NCBI GenBank assembly: GCA_964612055.1
Contig: CAZTBI010000001.1
Location: 71,957 to 135,956 of the forward strand
Length of the DNA: 64,000 nucleotides
DNA from: an uncultured Bdellovibrionales bacterium
Lineage (GTDB): Bacteria > Patescibacteriota > Minisyncoccia > Moranbacterales > UBA1568
Direction: 5' to 3'
The number at the start of each line of letters is the position of its first letter. Position 1 is the stretch's first letter. Below are positions 37,947 to 47,741 of this stretch, piece after piece. The notes beneath the pieces are model-generated. The model made no database searches, had not been told where the DNA came from, and saw only the letters and a list, made by a program, of their open reading frames with translations. The position numbers were made by a program, and so were the translations under genes.

Positions 37947-39533
37947 CTAGTTTTCGGTCACGACGTGACCACCAAGCATACTGAGTGCCTGGTTGATGAG
38001 AGGATTTTCATCGACACTCTGACTGGAAGCTGCTGTCTTGGTCTCGTCGAGCTTGATAACAAGCTTCATTTTGGCTCCTAGGATGGTATCAAAGGCCTTT
38101 TCCAGTGTCAATTGATTGGCTTTTTCCTCCAGGCGTTCTTTGTGAAAGGGGTATTTCACCGCGATGACAATAGTAGACCCGGTCGTTTCAATAGGGCGGG
38201 CAGTGGAGAGGCCAAGGGAGAGGGAAGCATTGAGCTTTTTGGCAGTATCAAGAATAGCCAGCCAGTGCTCTTTGATATGGGACAAATCAAAAACAGATTC
38301 AATAACTTCTTTACTTTCGCTCGCTATTGGTAATTCCTCGGTCTGAGTTTCTATTTTCGTTGGTGTTTTTGTATCAGCTTTTTTTTCGTGAACGAGAGGA
38401 GTTTTTGGTTCTGGGGGATTACTAGGTGGTGTAGCCTCTTTGTTCTGAGCCAAGATTTTTACGATAGCAATTTCGAGAGGCAGTTCCGGGATAACAGCCG
38501 TCTTGCTGGTGATATGAGCTATCTGAAACTCTTCCAGCATATGTACAATGTGCGCTGGCGTAAAAAGTGAAGAGAGTTCCAGCAGGATTGCTTGTTGTTC
38601 CTTTGTGAGTTCACCAAGTTCAGCGAGGCCGAGCTTTTGATTGGTGTTGACGAGGAGGAGGTCGCGTAGGGTATGAAGAATGAGTCCAGCAAAAAGCGAG
38701 AGATCAGTCCCATTCCCGGAAACCTCACGAACAAAAGAAAGGCTCTGGTACAACTGATTTTCTCCGATGAGACTGAGGAGATGAGTGACGTTGGCTTTTT
38801 TCGTCGTACCGAGCGCGTCAATGATCGTATCTTCGGTGATCGGTGAAATACCAAGCGAAGCAATCTGCATCAAGAGTGACTCAGCATCGCGCATACCACC
38901 CTCAGCCGCAAAAGCAATCATTTGCAGTGCTTCGTCACTGACTTTTAGTTTCTCTGCTTTGGCGATATAAGAAAGTTTTTCGACGATGCCTTTGACCGGA
39001 AAACGAGTCAGATCGAAACGCTGACAACGCGAAAGAATGGTATCAGGTACTTTATGAAGAGCGGTGGTAGCGAGAATGAAGACGACGTGCGCTGGTGGTT
39101 CCTCCAGGGTTTTGAGAAGGGCATTGAAGGCGCCAATAGAAAGCATGTGGACTTCGTCGATGATGTAGACCTTGTGAGAACCAAGGGCTGGCGGGAGAAC
39201 GACGGTCTCGCGGAGTTCACGAATATTGTCGACTCCGGTATGAGAGGCGGCGTCAATTTCGATGACATCAAAACTTTGTCCCTCAGCCATGATGAGACAG
39301 TGTTCGCATTTCCCACACGCCTCGGCGCCTTTGCGATTGGAACAGTTGATAGCTTTGGCAAAGAGTCTGGCAAGGGTTGTCTTGCCGGTGCCACGGGGAC
39401 CGGTAAAGAGATAGGCCTGACCAACTTTTCCGAGTTTGAGGGCGTTCTCGAGAGTGGTGACGACGTGTTTCTGCCCAATTACTTCGGAAAATTTCTGAGG
39501 ACGGTATTTGCGGTAAAAAGTCGAGGAGGACAT
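37947..39533 (-). CDS. dnaX: DNA polymerase III subunit gamma/tau
   Basis: YRKYRPQ.F, GPRGTGKTT, IIDEVHML...FNALLKTLEEPP, SRC, GGMRDA. Confidence 0.98.
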   Translation of the reverse strand: MSSSTFYRKYRPQKFSEVIGQKHVVTTLENALKLGKVGQAYLFTGPRGTGKTTLARLFAKAINCSNRKGAEACGKCEHCLIMAEGQSFDVIEIDAASHTGVDNIRELRETVVLPPALGSHKVYIIDEVHMLSIGAFNALLKTLEEPPAHVVFILATTALHKVPDTILSRCQRFDLTRFPVKGIVEKLSYIAKAEKLKVSDEALQMIAFAAEGGMRDAESLLMQIASLGISPITEDTIIDALGTTKKANVTHLLSLIGENQLYQSLSFVREVSGNGTDLSLFAGLILHTLRDLLLVNTNQKLGLAELGELTKEQQAILLELSSLFTPAHIVHMLEEFQIAHITSKTAVIPELPLEIAIVKILAQNKEATPPSNPPEPKTPLVHEKKADTKTPTKIETQTEELPIASESKEVIESVFDLSHIKEHWLAILDTAKKLNASLSLGLSTARPIETTGSTIVIAVKYPFHKERLEEKANQLTLEKAFDTILGAKMKLVIKLDETKTAASSQSVDENPLINQALSMLGGHVVTEN

Positions 39534-39680
39534 AGGAAAAGGCTCAAAAAAAGAATCGCCTGAAGTTCATTCAGTATGTTGTCATTATATCACACCTGCC
39601 CGCCATGCCTCCGGCAGGTAAACCTTTGGAGGGAGACAAAAACCTCCCTGAAGAGAGGTTTTCTATATTGGGAAGATTGG

Positions 39681-40283
39681 CTATTTCTTGAAAACGAAGA
39701 ATTTGTAGCCGATGAAGTTCCAGGTGAGTACCAGGATAGAGGCCGTGAGGCCACCGATATTGGCCCAGGTCTTGTCGGCCATCCCGGCTGGAGCGCTGAT
39801 GACGTTTACCACGAAAGCGGTGATGCCAACGTTTAAGAGAAGTCCAACGAGACTGACCATGAGGAATTGAGTAAATTCTTCTCCGACGTTATGAACCTCT
39901 TTTTTCTCAAAGGACCAGAATTTATTCCAAACATAACTATTGACGATGGCAGCTAGGACGGAGAATGACTTGAAAACAACGATGAGATAACCGCTCGAGA
40001 CATCACTCAGATAGATAAAGAGATTGTAGATACCGAGGTCGACAACGGTATTGGCCACACCGATCAAGCCGAATTTCGCCAACTGGAAAAAGAACGAGCG
40101 GATTTTTGAGAGGAGATAGCCAGCGGCAATGCCAAGAGCCGAGAGCGTTGCTAAGAGAGGGACAAAGATGACAATAGGAACAGGAAGTTTCAGGGCAAGA
40201 TTGCTAAAAATGAATGGTGCCAAGATTCCAATAAAAGCACCATTGATAGCGCCAAATATAATATCGCGAGAAGAGAGGCGCAT
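39681..40283 (-). CDS. GtrA family flippase-like protein
   Basis: AKFGLIGVANTVVD, NSYVWNKFWSF, WNFIGYKFFVF. Confidence 0.88.
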   Translation of the reverse strand: MRLSSRDIIFGAINGAFIGILAPFIFSNLALKLPVPIVIFVPLLATLSALGIAAGYLLSKIRSFFFQLAKFGLIGVANTVVDLGIYNLFIYLSDVSSGYLIVVFKSFSVLAAIVNSYVWNKFWSFEKKEVHNVGEEFTQFLMVSLVGLLLNVGITAFVVNVISAPAGMADKTWANIGGLTASILVLTWNFIGYKFFVFKK

Positions 40284-40286
40284 AGG

Positions 40287-41066
40287 CTACTTCTGATTGT
40301 TGATTTCTTTTTCAATTTCTTCCATATCTCGCACCCAAGCATCAAGGGGGGAAGTGCTGATAGGCACCTCCTCAACATGAGGAGTAGGAGGGGGAGTGAT
40401 ATCTTTCAAATCCTTCCTCCAATTATTGATGACGCTATTTTGATCTGTAGCCTTGGCCATTTCACCCTGCCAGTCTTTGCTCGTGCCTTTCTGGATGACG
40501 TTTTCTATAGCAGCCCAGGAACTATCGATATCACGAGGAAGGACGACGGCTACCTCATCTCCAGGAGTGGCTTTGAAGTAGGTGATAGACGCCAAAAGTA
40601 CTCGGTGCGGTTTGCCATTGGCTAAGACGTAGTAATTGCCAGATTCGTCCTGGGTAACGATACCAAGGGCGTGACGACGCTCGATGGGGCCAATCTGTTT
40701 ATAAAGAAAAGTGCCAGTGTCAGTGATAGTGAGCTTGAGCATGTCGCCTTCAACCAATTTAGACTTGGAAGCGTAGTTGGCGGGAACAGGGTATTGCTTG
40801 CCATCGGTGCCAATCATAATCTGACCGTCAAAGGTTCCTTCGACGATAGTACCGCCGTTTTCGTCGACATCTACTTTTCGTGGTCGGCCAGACTTCTTCT
40901 TTCCTTCCAGCTGCAAAAGCATCGCCTTGGCGCTTTGGATGGTTTTTTCGGCGTTTCCTACCATATCGCGGAGCGCCTGGATTTTCATGGCTTGTTCAGC
41001 CTCGCCCGTTGTTTCCTCTTCGGGAGGAGTAATATGCTTGACCATAATTTTTTGTGTTTCGCGCAT
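40287..41066 (-). CDS. Conserved-looking hypothetical protein (beta-barrel repeats)
   Basis: Long ORF; EGTFDGQ.MIG.DGKQYPVPANYASKSKLVEGD motif. Confidence 0.7.
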   Translation of the reverse strand: MRETQKIMVKHITPPEEETTGEAEQAMKIQALRDMVGNAEKTIQSAKAMLLQLEGKKKSGRPRKVDVDENGGTIVEGTFDGQIMIGTDGKQYPVPANYASKSKLVEGDMLKLTITDTGTFLYKQIGPIERRHALGIVTQDESGNYYVLANGKPHRVLLASITYFKATPGDEVAVVLPRDIDSSWAAIENVIQKGTSKDWQGEMAKATDQNSVINNWRKDLKDITPPPTPHVEEVPISTSPLDAWVRDMEEIEKEINNQK

Positions 41067-41323
41067 CCCAGAAAAAATTCTGTTCCAAGAGATGGCGCCC
41101 CTTTTAGTTTTTGTTTGGATATTCTTATTATAAACGAAACTTTTTTGTCGAGCAAGTGTGTGTTCTTTTTTCGAGCTGGGATTTCAAGGAAAAGAGGGCA
41201 CTTTTTTGACGGGACGTAGCGGCTCTTGACAAAATATAGGAATATGCGCTAATATGAGGCGATAGCATAAGTGATTTTTGCATCTCTCCATTAAGTCAAT
41301 TTTTCGTTAAAGACGCTCACTCT

Positions 41324-42385
41324 ATGACCACCCCCAAAGGAACCCCATCTCTCGATCCTCTCGACGCATCAAAGGTGCTTTTTTCGTCGACCCTCCAGAC
41401 CCTTTTGGAGCACCTGCCACCACGTTCCCGGAGCATTGTCGAGGAGCGTTTTGGTGTCGGTACTGGTACTCCAAAGACTCTCGAGGAAATCGGGAAGTCA
41501 TATCAGATTACTCGCGAGCGCGTGCGTCAGGTCATCGGGAGTGCTCTAGGATTTCTTTCTCATGAAAAGGGTCATCCTTCGATTGGCCAAGTCGTTGATT
41601 CTATACAGAAAGCTTTGAACGAAAAGCATGGCGTCATGAAGGCTGATGAATTACTTGAAAAACTTTCTTCTCAGAGCAAGAAGGAGCGCGGAGCGTTGCT
41701 CGCTTTTCTCGAAGCCCTGTCAGTTGTCAAAGAAGAGAAGGCAACAAAGGAATATGAAAAACTGTATCGTTTGAAAGATTTTTCACTCAGTCATTTGCAT
41801 GAGGTAAAGGAATTGGCCAAGAAAGTTCTCATCGAAGCGAAGGATGCTCTCGATGCGACCGAGTTTTATGCTCGTTTCAAAAAACTGCGTCCGGAACTTA
41901 CCAAGCAGGAACTTTTCAATCTTCTTTCCGTATCGAAAGAAATAAAGCAGAACGTTTTCGGGAAGTGGGGACTGGCGAGTTGGAGTGATATCCGACCTCG
42001 AGGAACCCGTGAAAAGGCCTACTTGGTTTTGAAAACTGCCGAGAAGCCACTGCACTTCCGTGATATTGCAAAATTGATTGATAGTTACGGTCTCCAAAAG
42101 AGAAACCGCAGTCATCCTCAGACGGTGCACAATGAGCTCATCAAAGATAAGGGCTTCGTCTTAGTCGGGCGCGGTATCTATGCGTTGTCTGAATGGGGCT
42201 ACAAGCGTGGAACCGTGAAGGATGTCATTGCTGATATTCTGAAAGTTTCCGGAAAGGCCCTTTCTCGAGAAGAAGTATTGGTGGAAGTACTGAAAGTGCG
42301 CCAAGTGAAAAAATCAACAGTCGTGATCAACTTGAATACATTCTTTGCGCGGACGGGAAAGAACGCGTATACTATCAAGCAGTAA
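41324..42385 (+). CDS. Sigma70 region-4-like HTH fused to HARE-HTH/winged-helix domains
   Basis: TLEEIG..YQITRERVRQ; KPLHFRDIA, QTVHNELI, FVLVGRGIYALSEWG; TTGACA upstream at 41227. Confidence 0.8.
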   Translation: MTTPKGTPSLDPLDASKVLFSSTLQTLLEHLPPRSRSIVEERFGVGTGTPKTLEEIGKSYQITRERVRQVIGSALGFLSHEKGHPSIGQVVDSIQKALNEKHGVMKADELLEKLSSQSKKERGALLAFLEALSVVKEEKATKEYEKLYRLKDFSLSHLHEVKELAKKVLIEAKDALDATEFYARFKKLRPELTKQELFNLLSVSKEIKQNVFGKWGLASWSDIRPRGTREKAYLVLKTAEKPLHFRDIAKLIDSYGLQKRNRSHPQTVHNELIKDKGFVLVGRGIYALSEWGYKRGTVKDVIADILKVSGKALSREEVLVEVLKVRQVKKSTVVINLNTFFARTGKNAYTIKQ

Positions 42386-42402
42386 GGCTTGTTATGTGTG
42401 AC

Positions 42403-42554
42403 GAGGGTCAACCCCGCACTATTTTGGCGCTAAGAATTTTTTAAAAAAAGTCAGACACGAAAGTGTTCTGACATGGTCCATCGATATAACCACTCTTTTG
42501 GTTTCAGAATGCCTTCGGCATTTGCGCCAAGAGAGTGCGGGGTCAACGCACCTC
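42403..42554. other. Structured intergenic element C (long closing stem, internal hairpins)
   Basis: CCCCGCACTATTTTGGCGC pairs with GCGCCAAGAGAGTGCGGGG; inner GTCAGACAC-GAAA-GTGTTCTGAC and AATGCC-TTC-GGCATT. Confidence 0.7.
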
Positions 42555-42561
42555 TTTTGCC

Positions 42562-43866
42562 ATGAGTACTCTTTTTTCCAATATAACTGAAGCGTTTTCT
42601 CTTATGGGAAGCGTTTTTTCCGTTGTCATGAGTGTGTGGTTTATTCTTTTTCCACCACTTTTGTATTTCTTGTTCAAGCTCCTCTGGATGTTTCATGTTT
42701 GGGGGCACTATGGGAGTAAAATTCAGTGGGTGCTCCTTGAGATCGTGCCGCCACGAGATATTGAGAAGAGTCCGGCCCTGATGGAGTCTATCTTTTCTGG
42801 CTTCGCTGGTGTCATGAAGTCACCGAGTGCCATGGAGGAACTGATCAAAGGGGAGTACCCGACATCATTTTCTTTGGAGATAGCGAGCAACGAAGGACAG
42901 GTGCACTTTTATGTACGTACTCAAGCTGGTTTTCGTAACCTCGTAGAAGCTCATTTTTACGCTCAGTATCCTGGCATCGAATTGGTAGAGGTAGAGGATT
43001 ATGTCAATTTGGTGCCGAAGACGATTCCGAATAAAGATTGGGATTTGTGGGGGACGGATTTCGTTTTCGTGAAACCGGACCTTTATCCGATCAAGACCTA
43101 TCGTTTTTTTGAAGAAACCGTGACCGGGAAGATGATTGATCCTTTGGCCGGACTCATTGAAACCATGGCCAAGACCGGTCCAAAGCAGTACATCTGGCTA
43201 CAGTTCATCATCACTCCCTATAGTGAGAAATGGTATGCCACTGGCCAGGGGACAATTGATGAATTTTTAGGCAAGGTGAAAGAAGAAAAGCAGGGCATGA
43301 TCAGCCGAATTTTTTGGGATATTTTAGACGTTTTTGCCAATCTGGGCCGTGGTCTCCTGGGTCAGGAAGTTATTTTTTCTGGCAGTGAAGAAGCTGCCAA
43401 GAAGGAGGAGCAACCATTGGAGTTTCGCTTGTCGCCGGGTCAGAAAAAGGTGTTGGAAGCGCTCGAGAACAATCTCGGGAAGCAGATGTTCAAGACGCGT
43501 ATGCGCCATGTCTACGTCGGTCGAAGAGAAGCGTTCAATAAACCAACTGGAGTTTCTTCTTTTATTGGGGCCATCAAACAGTTCAATGACTTCAACTTAA
43601 ATAGCGTGAAGCCAGATGATAACTCAAAGACGTACGCCAGTTATATTTTTGCTGAAGAGCGTTTGCGTTACCGTCAGCGGCGTTTGTTTCGTCGCTATGC
43701 GACTCGTGATTCTGATCCGCAGAGCTCTCGTTTTATGTTGAGTAGCGAAGAGTTAGCTACTGTTTTCCATATTCCAGATATGGCAGTTATGGCACCGACA
43801 CTGACTCGTGTGGCAGCACGTCGTGGCGGCGCTCCGATGAACCTCCCTATCCAAGAAACCGAATAA
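42562..43866 (+). CDS. Membrane-anchored protein associated with the VirD4-like ATPase
   Basis: N-terminal TM; SLEIAS, YAQYP..EL.EVEDY, LSSEELATVFHIP. Confidence 0.7.
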   Translation: MSTLFSNITEAFSLMGSVFSVVMSVWFILFPPLLYFLFKLLWMFHVWGHYGSKIQWVLLEIVPPRDIEKSPALMESIFSGFAGVMKSPSAMEELIKGEYPTSFSLEIASNEGQVHFYVRTQAGFRNLVEAHFYAQYPGIELVEVEDYVNLVPKTIPNKDWDLWGTDFVFVKPDLYPIKTYRFFEETVTGKMIDPLAGLIETMAKTGPKQYIWLQFIITPYSEKWYATGQGTIDEFLGKVKEEKQGMISRIFWDILDVFANLGRGLLGQEVIFSGSEEAAKKEEQPLEFRLSPGQKKVLEALENNLGKQMFKTRMRHVYVGRREAFNKPTGVSSFIGAIKQFNDFNLNSVKPDDNSKTYASYIFAEERLRYRQRRLFRRYATRDSDPQSSRFMLSSEELATVFHIPDMAVMAPTLTRVAARRGGAPMNLPIQETE

Positions 43867-43870
43867 TACT

Positions 43871-46048
43871 ATGCTTGATCAGAACGAAATTACTTTTTTT
43901 GCCAAGACGAACTTCCGCAATCAGGAGCGGGTTTTTGGTATCAAAACAGATGATCGACGCCGTCACATGTATGTGATCGGAAAGACGGGTATGGGAAAAA
44001 CCAACCTCTTGGAAAACCTAGCTATCCAGGATATTCAAAAAGGTCACGGTATTGCCTTTATCGATCCGCACGGTGATACGGCAGAAAAACTGATCAAAGC
44101 CATTCCGAGCAACCGTATCAATGATGTTATTTATTTCAACCCGGCTGATCAGGATTTTCCTATCGCGTTCAATGTGATGGAGAAGGTTGATCCAGAGTAT
44201 CGCCACCTTGTCGCTTCCGGTTTGGTCGGCGTGTTCAAAAAAATCTGGGCGGACTCCTGGGGACCACGTCTCGAATATATCTTGCGCAATGCTATTTTGG
44301 GACTGCTGGAATATCCGGGCAGTACGCTTCTCGGGGTGACGCGTATTTTGGTGGACAAATCTTATCGTGAACGCGTGGTAGAAAAAATCACCGACCCGGT
44401 GGTGCGTTCTTTCTGGGTGGATGAATTCTCAAAGTGGGATCCCCGCGTGCTTCAGGAGGTGATCTCGCCGATCCAGAACAAGGTGGGGCAGTTTCTTTCG
44501 AGCGCCCTTATCAGAAATATCGTTGGTCAGACAGTATCATCTTTCGATGTGCGCAAGATCATGGATGAACGCAAGATCCTCATCATGAACCTTTCCAAAG
44601 GTCGCCTCGGTGAAGATAATAGCGCCCTTCTGGGAGCCATGATGATTACCAAGATACAGCTCGCCGCTATGGGTCGGGTGGACATTCCTGAAGAGACCCG
44701 CGCTGACTTTTATCTCTACGTTGATGAATTCCAGAACTTTGCCACGGAGTCGTTTGCGAATATCCTTTCTGAAGCTCGTAAGTATCACTTGAACCTCATC
44801 CTGGCTAATCAGTACGTGACCCAGATTGATGAAGAGGTGCGTGATGCTATTTTCGGAAACGCAGGCTCTATCATCTCATTTCGAGTGGGCGCTATGGACG
44901 CCGAATTTTTGGAAAAGGAATTCGAGCCGGTTTTTATGATGAATGATATCGTCAATTTGGCGAAGTATCAGATTTACCTCAAGCTCATGATTGATGGTAT
45001 CGCGGGAGATGCTTTCAGTGCTACGACGCTGCCACCAATCAAACTTGAGACCGCTGCTAATGAGCAGAAGATTATTGATGCTTCTCGAGAACGTTATACG
45101 ACGAAGAAAGAAGAGGTAGAGGAGAAAATTCGTCGTTGGAGCGGCATGTTGTCAGCCGAAGAGCGTCAAGCCCTCGTTCAGCCAAGAAGCCCTGCTCCGA
45201 TTCCGGCAGCTCGACCAAAGGAACCTGTCAGGTCTCAAGCTCCCGCTCCGGCGCGTTCACAATCCGTGCCAGCTGCTCCGAGGGTAGAGCGGTCCGGAGA
45301 AGGTCGTTACGCCGCTCCCAAGGCCCCTGTCGCTCCTTCTATTCCGAAAGCTCCAGCCCCGGTAGTGTCTAAAGTTGCACCAGTCCAGAAGGAGGGGGCG
45401 TATTCTCCGAAACAAGCATCAGCCGTCTTGCAATCTGCTCTGACGCAGAAGCAAGCTCCAACTCCCGTCGCTCCGAAGCCAGATTTTGTGCCGCCCATGG
45501 CACCGAAGAAGGAACCGATGATTTCACTCGATGAATTTGAAAAGGAAGAGGAGAGGAGTCAGCTTCGGCTAGAAGAAAAAGAAGAGCCAGGGGATCAGGG
45601 AATAGTAGGGGGTGTCGAAACAGAAGCTTTGGCAGAGGTGCCGGAGAAGAAGCTCTACCAAGCACAGTGCGCCACCTGCGGCACTGATATTGAGGTGCCT
45701 TTTGAGCCAGATGGGAGTAGGCCAACTTTCTGCAAGGACTGTCTGCGTGATTATCAACGAGCGACCGCCAAGGCCCGCAATGAGATAGAGAAAAACCAAG
45801 CCACGAGAGCGGCGATGGGAAATGGAGGGGGCATGCCGCGGCAGAATGCTCCAGAACGGCGCGATATTCCTCGAGACCGCGTGGTTTCTCACCAATCCTA
45901 TGCTTCATCTGAACGGCCGCTTTCTTTGGCTCAGGTGCAACATATTGAACCCAAGAAATTCAAGGCCTTGAGAAAGCGACCAGAACTCAATCTCTCTGAG
46001 GTGCGAGCACTGATTGATGATACTCGAAGAACTCAAGGGGGCGCGTAG
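43871..46048 (+). CDS. VirD4/TraG-like coupling ATPase with Pro-rich linker and CxxC-x17-CxxC domain
   Basis: HMYVIGKTGMGKT, IDPHGD, LYVDEFQNF, LSEARKY; CATC-x17-CKDC. Confidence 0.9.
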   Translation: MLDQNEITFFAKTNFRNQERVFGIKTDDRRRHMYVIGKTGMGKTNLLENLAIQDIQKGHGIAFIDPHGDTAEKLIKAIPSNRINDVIYFNPADQDFPIAFNVMEKVDPEYRHLVASGLVGVFKKIWADSWGPRLEYILRNAILGLLEYPGSTLLGVTRILVDKSYRERVVEKITDPVVRSFWVDEFSKWDPRVLQEVISPIQNKVGQFLSSALIRNIVGQTVSSFDVRKIMDERKILIMNLSKGRLGEDNSALLGAMMITKIQLAAMGRVDIPEETRADFYLYVDEFQNFATESFANILSEARKYHLNLILANQYVTQIDEEVRDAIFGNAGSIISFRVGAMDAEFLEKEFEPVFMMNDIVNLAKYQIYLKLMIDGIAGDAFSATTLPPIKLETAANEQKIIDASRERYTTKKEEVEEKIRRWSGMLSAEERQALVQPRSPAPIPAARPKEPVRSQAPAPARSQSVPAAPRVERSGEGRYAAPKAPVAPSIPKAPAPVVSKVAPVQKEGAYSPKQASAVLQSALTQKQAPTPVAPKPDFVPPMAPKKEPMISLDEFEKEEERSQLRLEEKEEPGDQGIVGGVETEALAEVPEKKLYQAQCATCGTDIEVPFEPDGSRPTFCKDCLRDYQRATAKARNEIEKNQATRAAMGNGGGMPRQNAPERRDIPRDRVVSHQSYASSERPLSLAQVQHIEPKKFKALRKRPELNLSEVRALIDDTRRTQGGA

Positions 46049-46118
46049 AAGGTTTTTCGTGGTTGTCCAGAGGCATTTTTTTTGCTACCATAGTACAGTA
46101 AGCGTTGAAAAGAAGTGT

Positions 46119-46229
46119 ATGAGTTTTAGACGGTGGCACAAAAAGATCTATGCATTTTGGGTGGTTATTTCCGTGCTCGTAGTAGTATCGATGATTGGTT
46201 TTCTTTTTGCGCCGTTCTTCATGTATTGA
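46119..46229 (+). CDS. Small single-TM protein (36 aa)
   Basis: MSFRRWHKK followed by a hydrophobic helix; fills the gap before the divIC-like gene. Confidence 0.45.
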   Translation: MSFRRWHKKIYAFWVVISVLVVVSMIGFLFAPFFMY

Positions 46230-46237
46230 GGTTGATT

Positions 46238-46630
46238 ATGACAGCGAAGTATTTGATGCGGGCAGGCGTTGTTATCATCGTTGCCTTGATCTCTTGGGCA
46301 GTGTATGTTTCTTCGAAGCAGCTTTCTCGGAATCAGCGGATTGAGGATGAGGTGAGCGCTCTCCAGGAAGAAGCCAACAAGATCAGTCGTGAAAACGAAA
46401 CCTTGACCGAAAAGATTCGCTATTTTGATTCCAATGATTTCCGTGAGCAAGAAGCAAAGGAAAAACTTGGCATGAAGAAGGCAGGGGAAGAGGTCGTGGT
46501 GATAAAATCATGGCAGCAAGATGAGGAGGAGGCATCACCGATAGACACCAAAGCAGCTTCCTTAGAGCAGATCGACGAACAGTCTCCGAATTATAAAAAG
46601 TGGTGGCATCTTTTCTTCAGCGAATTGTAA
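46238..46630 (+). CDS. Septum formation initiator (FtsB/DivIC family)
   Basis: TM plus coiled coil plus EAKEKLGMKKAGE. Confidence 0.85.
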   Translation: MTAKYLMRAGVVIIVALISWAVYVSSKQLSRNQRIEDEVSALQEEANKISRENETLTEKIRYFDSNDFREQEAKEKLGMKKAGEEVVVIKSWQQDEEEASPIDTKAASLEQIDEQSPNYKKWWHLFFSEL

Positions 46631-46638
46631 ATATTTTT

Positions 46639-47685
46639 ATGGAACAAGCCTCTAAAAAAAGAATCCGTTGGTCCACGGTGCTGTATGGTATTCTCGCGCT
46701 TTGCGCCGTGCTTCTCTCGGCGAGCTTTTTGGCGGTGTATTTTTTCCCACGCTCTGAAATGGTGAACACGGTCGTAAAACGTCTGCCGTATCCAGCGGCC
46801 GTTGTTGATTATCGACAGACGATTTCCTTTCGCGAACTTGCCCAGAACATGCAGTCGATCCAGCGGTTCTATGAAAACCAGGACTTCTCACAGGTAGGGC
46901 TACGCATTGACTTCTCAACCGATGAAGGCAAGAAGCGCCTGAAGGTTCGTGAGAAGGAAGTGTTGAACAAGATGATTGAGGATCAGAGTATTATCGCCCT
47001 TGCCAAGGAACGAGGCATTTTTGTCACGGAGGAGATGGCTCGCCAGGGGGTGGCTCGCAAGCTTGAGGAGTATGGCAACGGTGATCAGGTCAAGGAGAAT
47101 CTCGAGCGTCTGTATGGTTGGACTCTCTCTGATTTCGAGGAAAAGATCGTATTGCCAAGCCTCTATGAAGAAAAGCTGAACGATATCTTTGTGAAAGAAA
47201 TGAATCCGGATGCCGCGGCGAAGGAAAAGATTGAGAAGGCAGCAGAACTCCTGCGTCAGGGATCGGACTTCACTGAAGTCGTGAAGCAGTACTCGGATGG
47301 ACAAACCGCTGATGCCGGTGGTGATCTCGGATGGTTTTCAATCGAAGATCTGGCACCAGAATTGCGTGGTTCAGTGGTACTGCAGAAGGTGGGTGTCTCA
47401 GGAAACGTGATAGAGAGTAGTCTCGGATTTCATATCATTCTCGTTGAAGAGGTGAAAAAAGAAAAAGACAAACAACTCTATCGAATTCGGCAGATCTTTG
47501 CGAGAAAAGAGACCTTTCCTCATTGGTTGTCAGAGGAGATGAGTTCGATGTCTATTTGGATACTGACTCCCGAATATCGCTTTGATCATGATACTGCTCG
47601 GGTGGAGTTCAAGGATCCAGAGTGGAAGAAATTTGAGGAAGATCTTTATAAAAAAGCGAGCGGCGATCCCTCTTTTCTTCTCTAA
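46639..47685 (+). CDS. SurA/PrsA-like parvulin peptidyl-prolyl isomerase
   Basis: N-terminal TM, SurA-N-like helices, F..V..QYSD, GGDLGWF, SSLGFHII. Confidence 0.88.
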   Translation: MEQASKKRIRWSTVLYGILALCAVLLSASFLAVYFFPRSEMVNTVVKRLPYPAAVVDYRQTISFRELAQNMQSIQRFYENQDFSQVGLRIDFSTDEGKKRLKVREKEVLNKMIEDQSIIALAKERGIFVTEEMARQGVARKLEEYGNGDQVKENLERLYGWTLSDFEEKIVLPSLYEEKLNDIFVKEMNPDAAAKEKIEKAAELLRQGSDFTEVVKQYSDGQTADAGGDLGWFSIEDLAPELRGSVVLQKVGVSGNVIESSLGFHIILVEEVKKEKDKQLYRIRQIFARKETFPHWLSEEMSSMSIWILTPEYRFDHDTARVEFKDPEWKKFEEDLYKKASGDPSFLL

Positions 47686-47741
47686 GAGTAGCTAAAAATA
47701 GAGTCACCTTGAGGGCTTATACTCATCCTTATCTTTTTCTT

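Noticed and set aside
39534-39680. SRP RNA (ffs) upstream of dnaX
   Set aside because: No SRP domain IV motif; only a short palindrome and the GtrA terminator are present.
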